Positions 59,660 to 60,458 of a DNA stretch of 60,458 bases are shown in pieces (the first letter of the stretch is position 1; each line of letters starts with the position of its first letter). The DNA lies in the NCBI RefSeq assembly GCF_004010195.1, contig NC_057718.1, forward strand, positions 24,734,159 to 24,794,616, read 5' to 3'. A program made the position numbers and the translations under genes. The notes below the pieces were generated by a model. The model was given only the letters and a program-made list of their open reading frames with translations. It searched no databases and was not told the DNA's origin. The stretch comes from Chiloscyllium plagiosum. Its lineage: Eukaryota.

Positions 59660-60458
59660 ATATTGGCGCGCAGAGCTAGTCGGGAATGTAAGTGATTGAT
59701 ATTTGAGTGGGTGTGTTCTAGACCCCAGGCCCTACATAGTAGGGCCTCCCTCCCATCCTCCTCCTCTAACCTAACTTTAAAGTCCACAGGTAAGCTACTC
59801 AGTGTTCTTGTTTTGGAGATGAAGTGTAGAGTAATGGCAGCGCAGGTAGTGGAATGTTCCTCCTGCAGGATGTTTGAGGTAGGGGTGACCACCGATATTC
59901 CTGCCAACTTCATCTGCAGGAAATGCAGTCAGATCCTGCTCCTCACAGAACGAGTTAGGGAACTGGAACTGGAGTTGGATGAACTGAGGATTATTCGAGA
60001 GGCTGAGAGGGTGATAGATAGAAGCTACAGGGACATAGTTATGCCAGAGAACAGAGGTAGCTGGGTAACAGTTAGAGGTGAGAAGGGGAGGAAGCAGGCA
60101 GTGCAGGGATCCCCTGTAGTCGTTCCCCTAAACAATAAGTATACCGCTTTGGATACTGCTGGGGGGGACGGCCTAGCAGGGGTAAGCTGCAGTGACCGGG
60201 TCTGTGGCATGAGGTCTGGCTCTGAGATTCAGAAGGGAAAGGGGGAGAGGAGGAGACCGCTAGTTATAGGCGACTCTCTAGTTAGACGGTCGGACAGGCG
60301 ATTCTGTGGGCATGGGCGAGACTCTTGGATGGTTTGTTGCCTCCCCGGTGCCAGGGTCCGAGATGTCTCGGACCGTGCCTTCAGAATCCTTAAGGGGGAG
60401 GGTGTGCAGCCAGAAGTCATGTTGCACGTTGGCACCAATGACATAGGTAGGAAGAGAG
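59660..60458 (+). mobile_element. 5' end of a young CR1 LINE (5' UTR plus ORF1), continuing beyond the window
   Basis: CpG-rich; intact ORF1 (next feature); 5' boundary approximate. Confidence 0.85.
59834..60458 (+). CDS. CR1 ORF1p (zinc finger, coiled coil, SGNH esterase), open to the window end
   Basis: Manual translation of 208 codons without a stop: CSSC...CRKC, LTERVRELELELDEL, IGDSLVR, CLPGARVRDV, VMLHVGTND; alternative in-frame ATG at 59819; absent from the ORF track, presumably because no stop lies in the window. Confidence 0.88.
   Translation, partial: MAAQVVECSSCRMFEVGVTTDIPANFICRKCSQILLLTERVRELELELDELRIIREAERVIDRSYRDIVMPENRGSWVTVRGEKGRKQAVQGSPVVVPLNNKYTALDTAGGDGLAGVSCSDRVCGMRSGSEIQKGKGERRRPLVIGDSLVRRSDRRFCGHGRDSWMVCCLPGARVRDVSDRAFRILKGEGVQPEVMLHVGTNDIGRKR

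Noticed and set aside
59700..59775. Twister or HDV-like ribozyme in the CR1 5' UTR
   Set aside because: Only a simple hairpin and a purine/pyrimidine tract; the required pseudoknot pairings could not be built

Overview
Vertebrate non-coding DNA, almost certainly from a cartilaginous fish (shark). This is inferred from many HE1-type SINEs with (AATCT)n tails and their partner HER1/CR1 LINEs. I found no recognisable host protein-coding exon, rRNA, tRNA or CRISPR array; the window looks like a large intron or gene desert dense in transposable elements. These include CR1/HER1 LINEs (one ~3 kb decayed copy, and a young copy whose ORF1 is open to the window end), a second CR1/L2-group LINE, L2, Rex1/Babar, a Tx1-like LINE with TSD and Penelope-like elements (PLEs). 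There are also fossils of hAT, Harbinger (transposase plus spliced Myb/SANT gene) and Gypsy gag, several SINE families, two minisatellites and a 385-N gap. The most interesting signal is a set of short PLE-derived inserts, in three sequence families, that carry minimal type-I hammerhead ribozyme motifs (CUGANGA-A-stem II-GAAA-NN-UH). Several fold back on themselves as palindromes with TSDs, and one RT-less PLE retains an open GIY-YIG ORF. Also notable are two apparent templated insertions (a 230-bp inverted copy and a 23-bp direct copy), a pre-miRNA-like hairpin and several repeat-free candidate regulatory blocks. All calls were made by eye; boundaries of old repeats are approximate.
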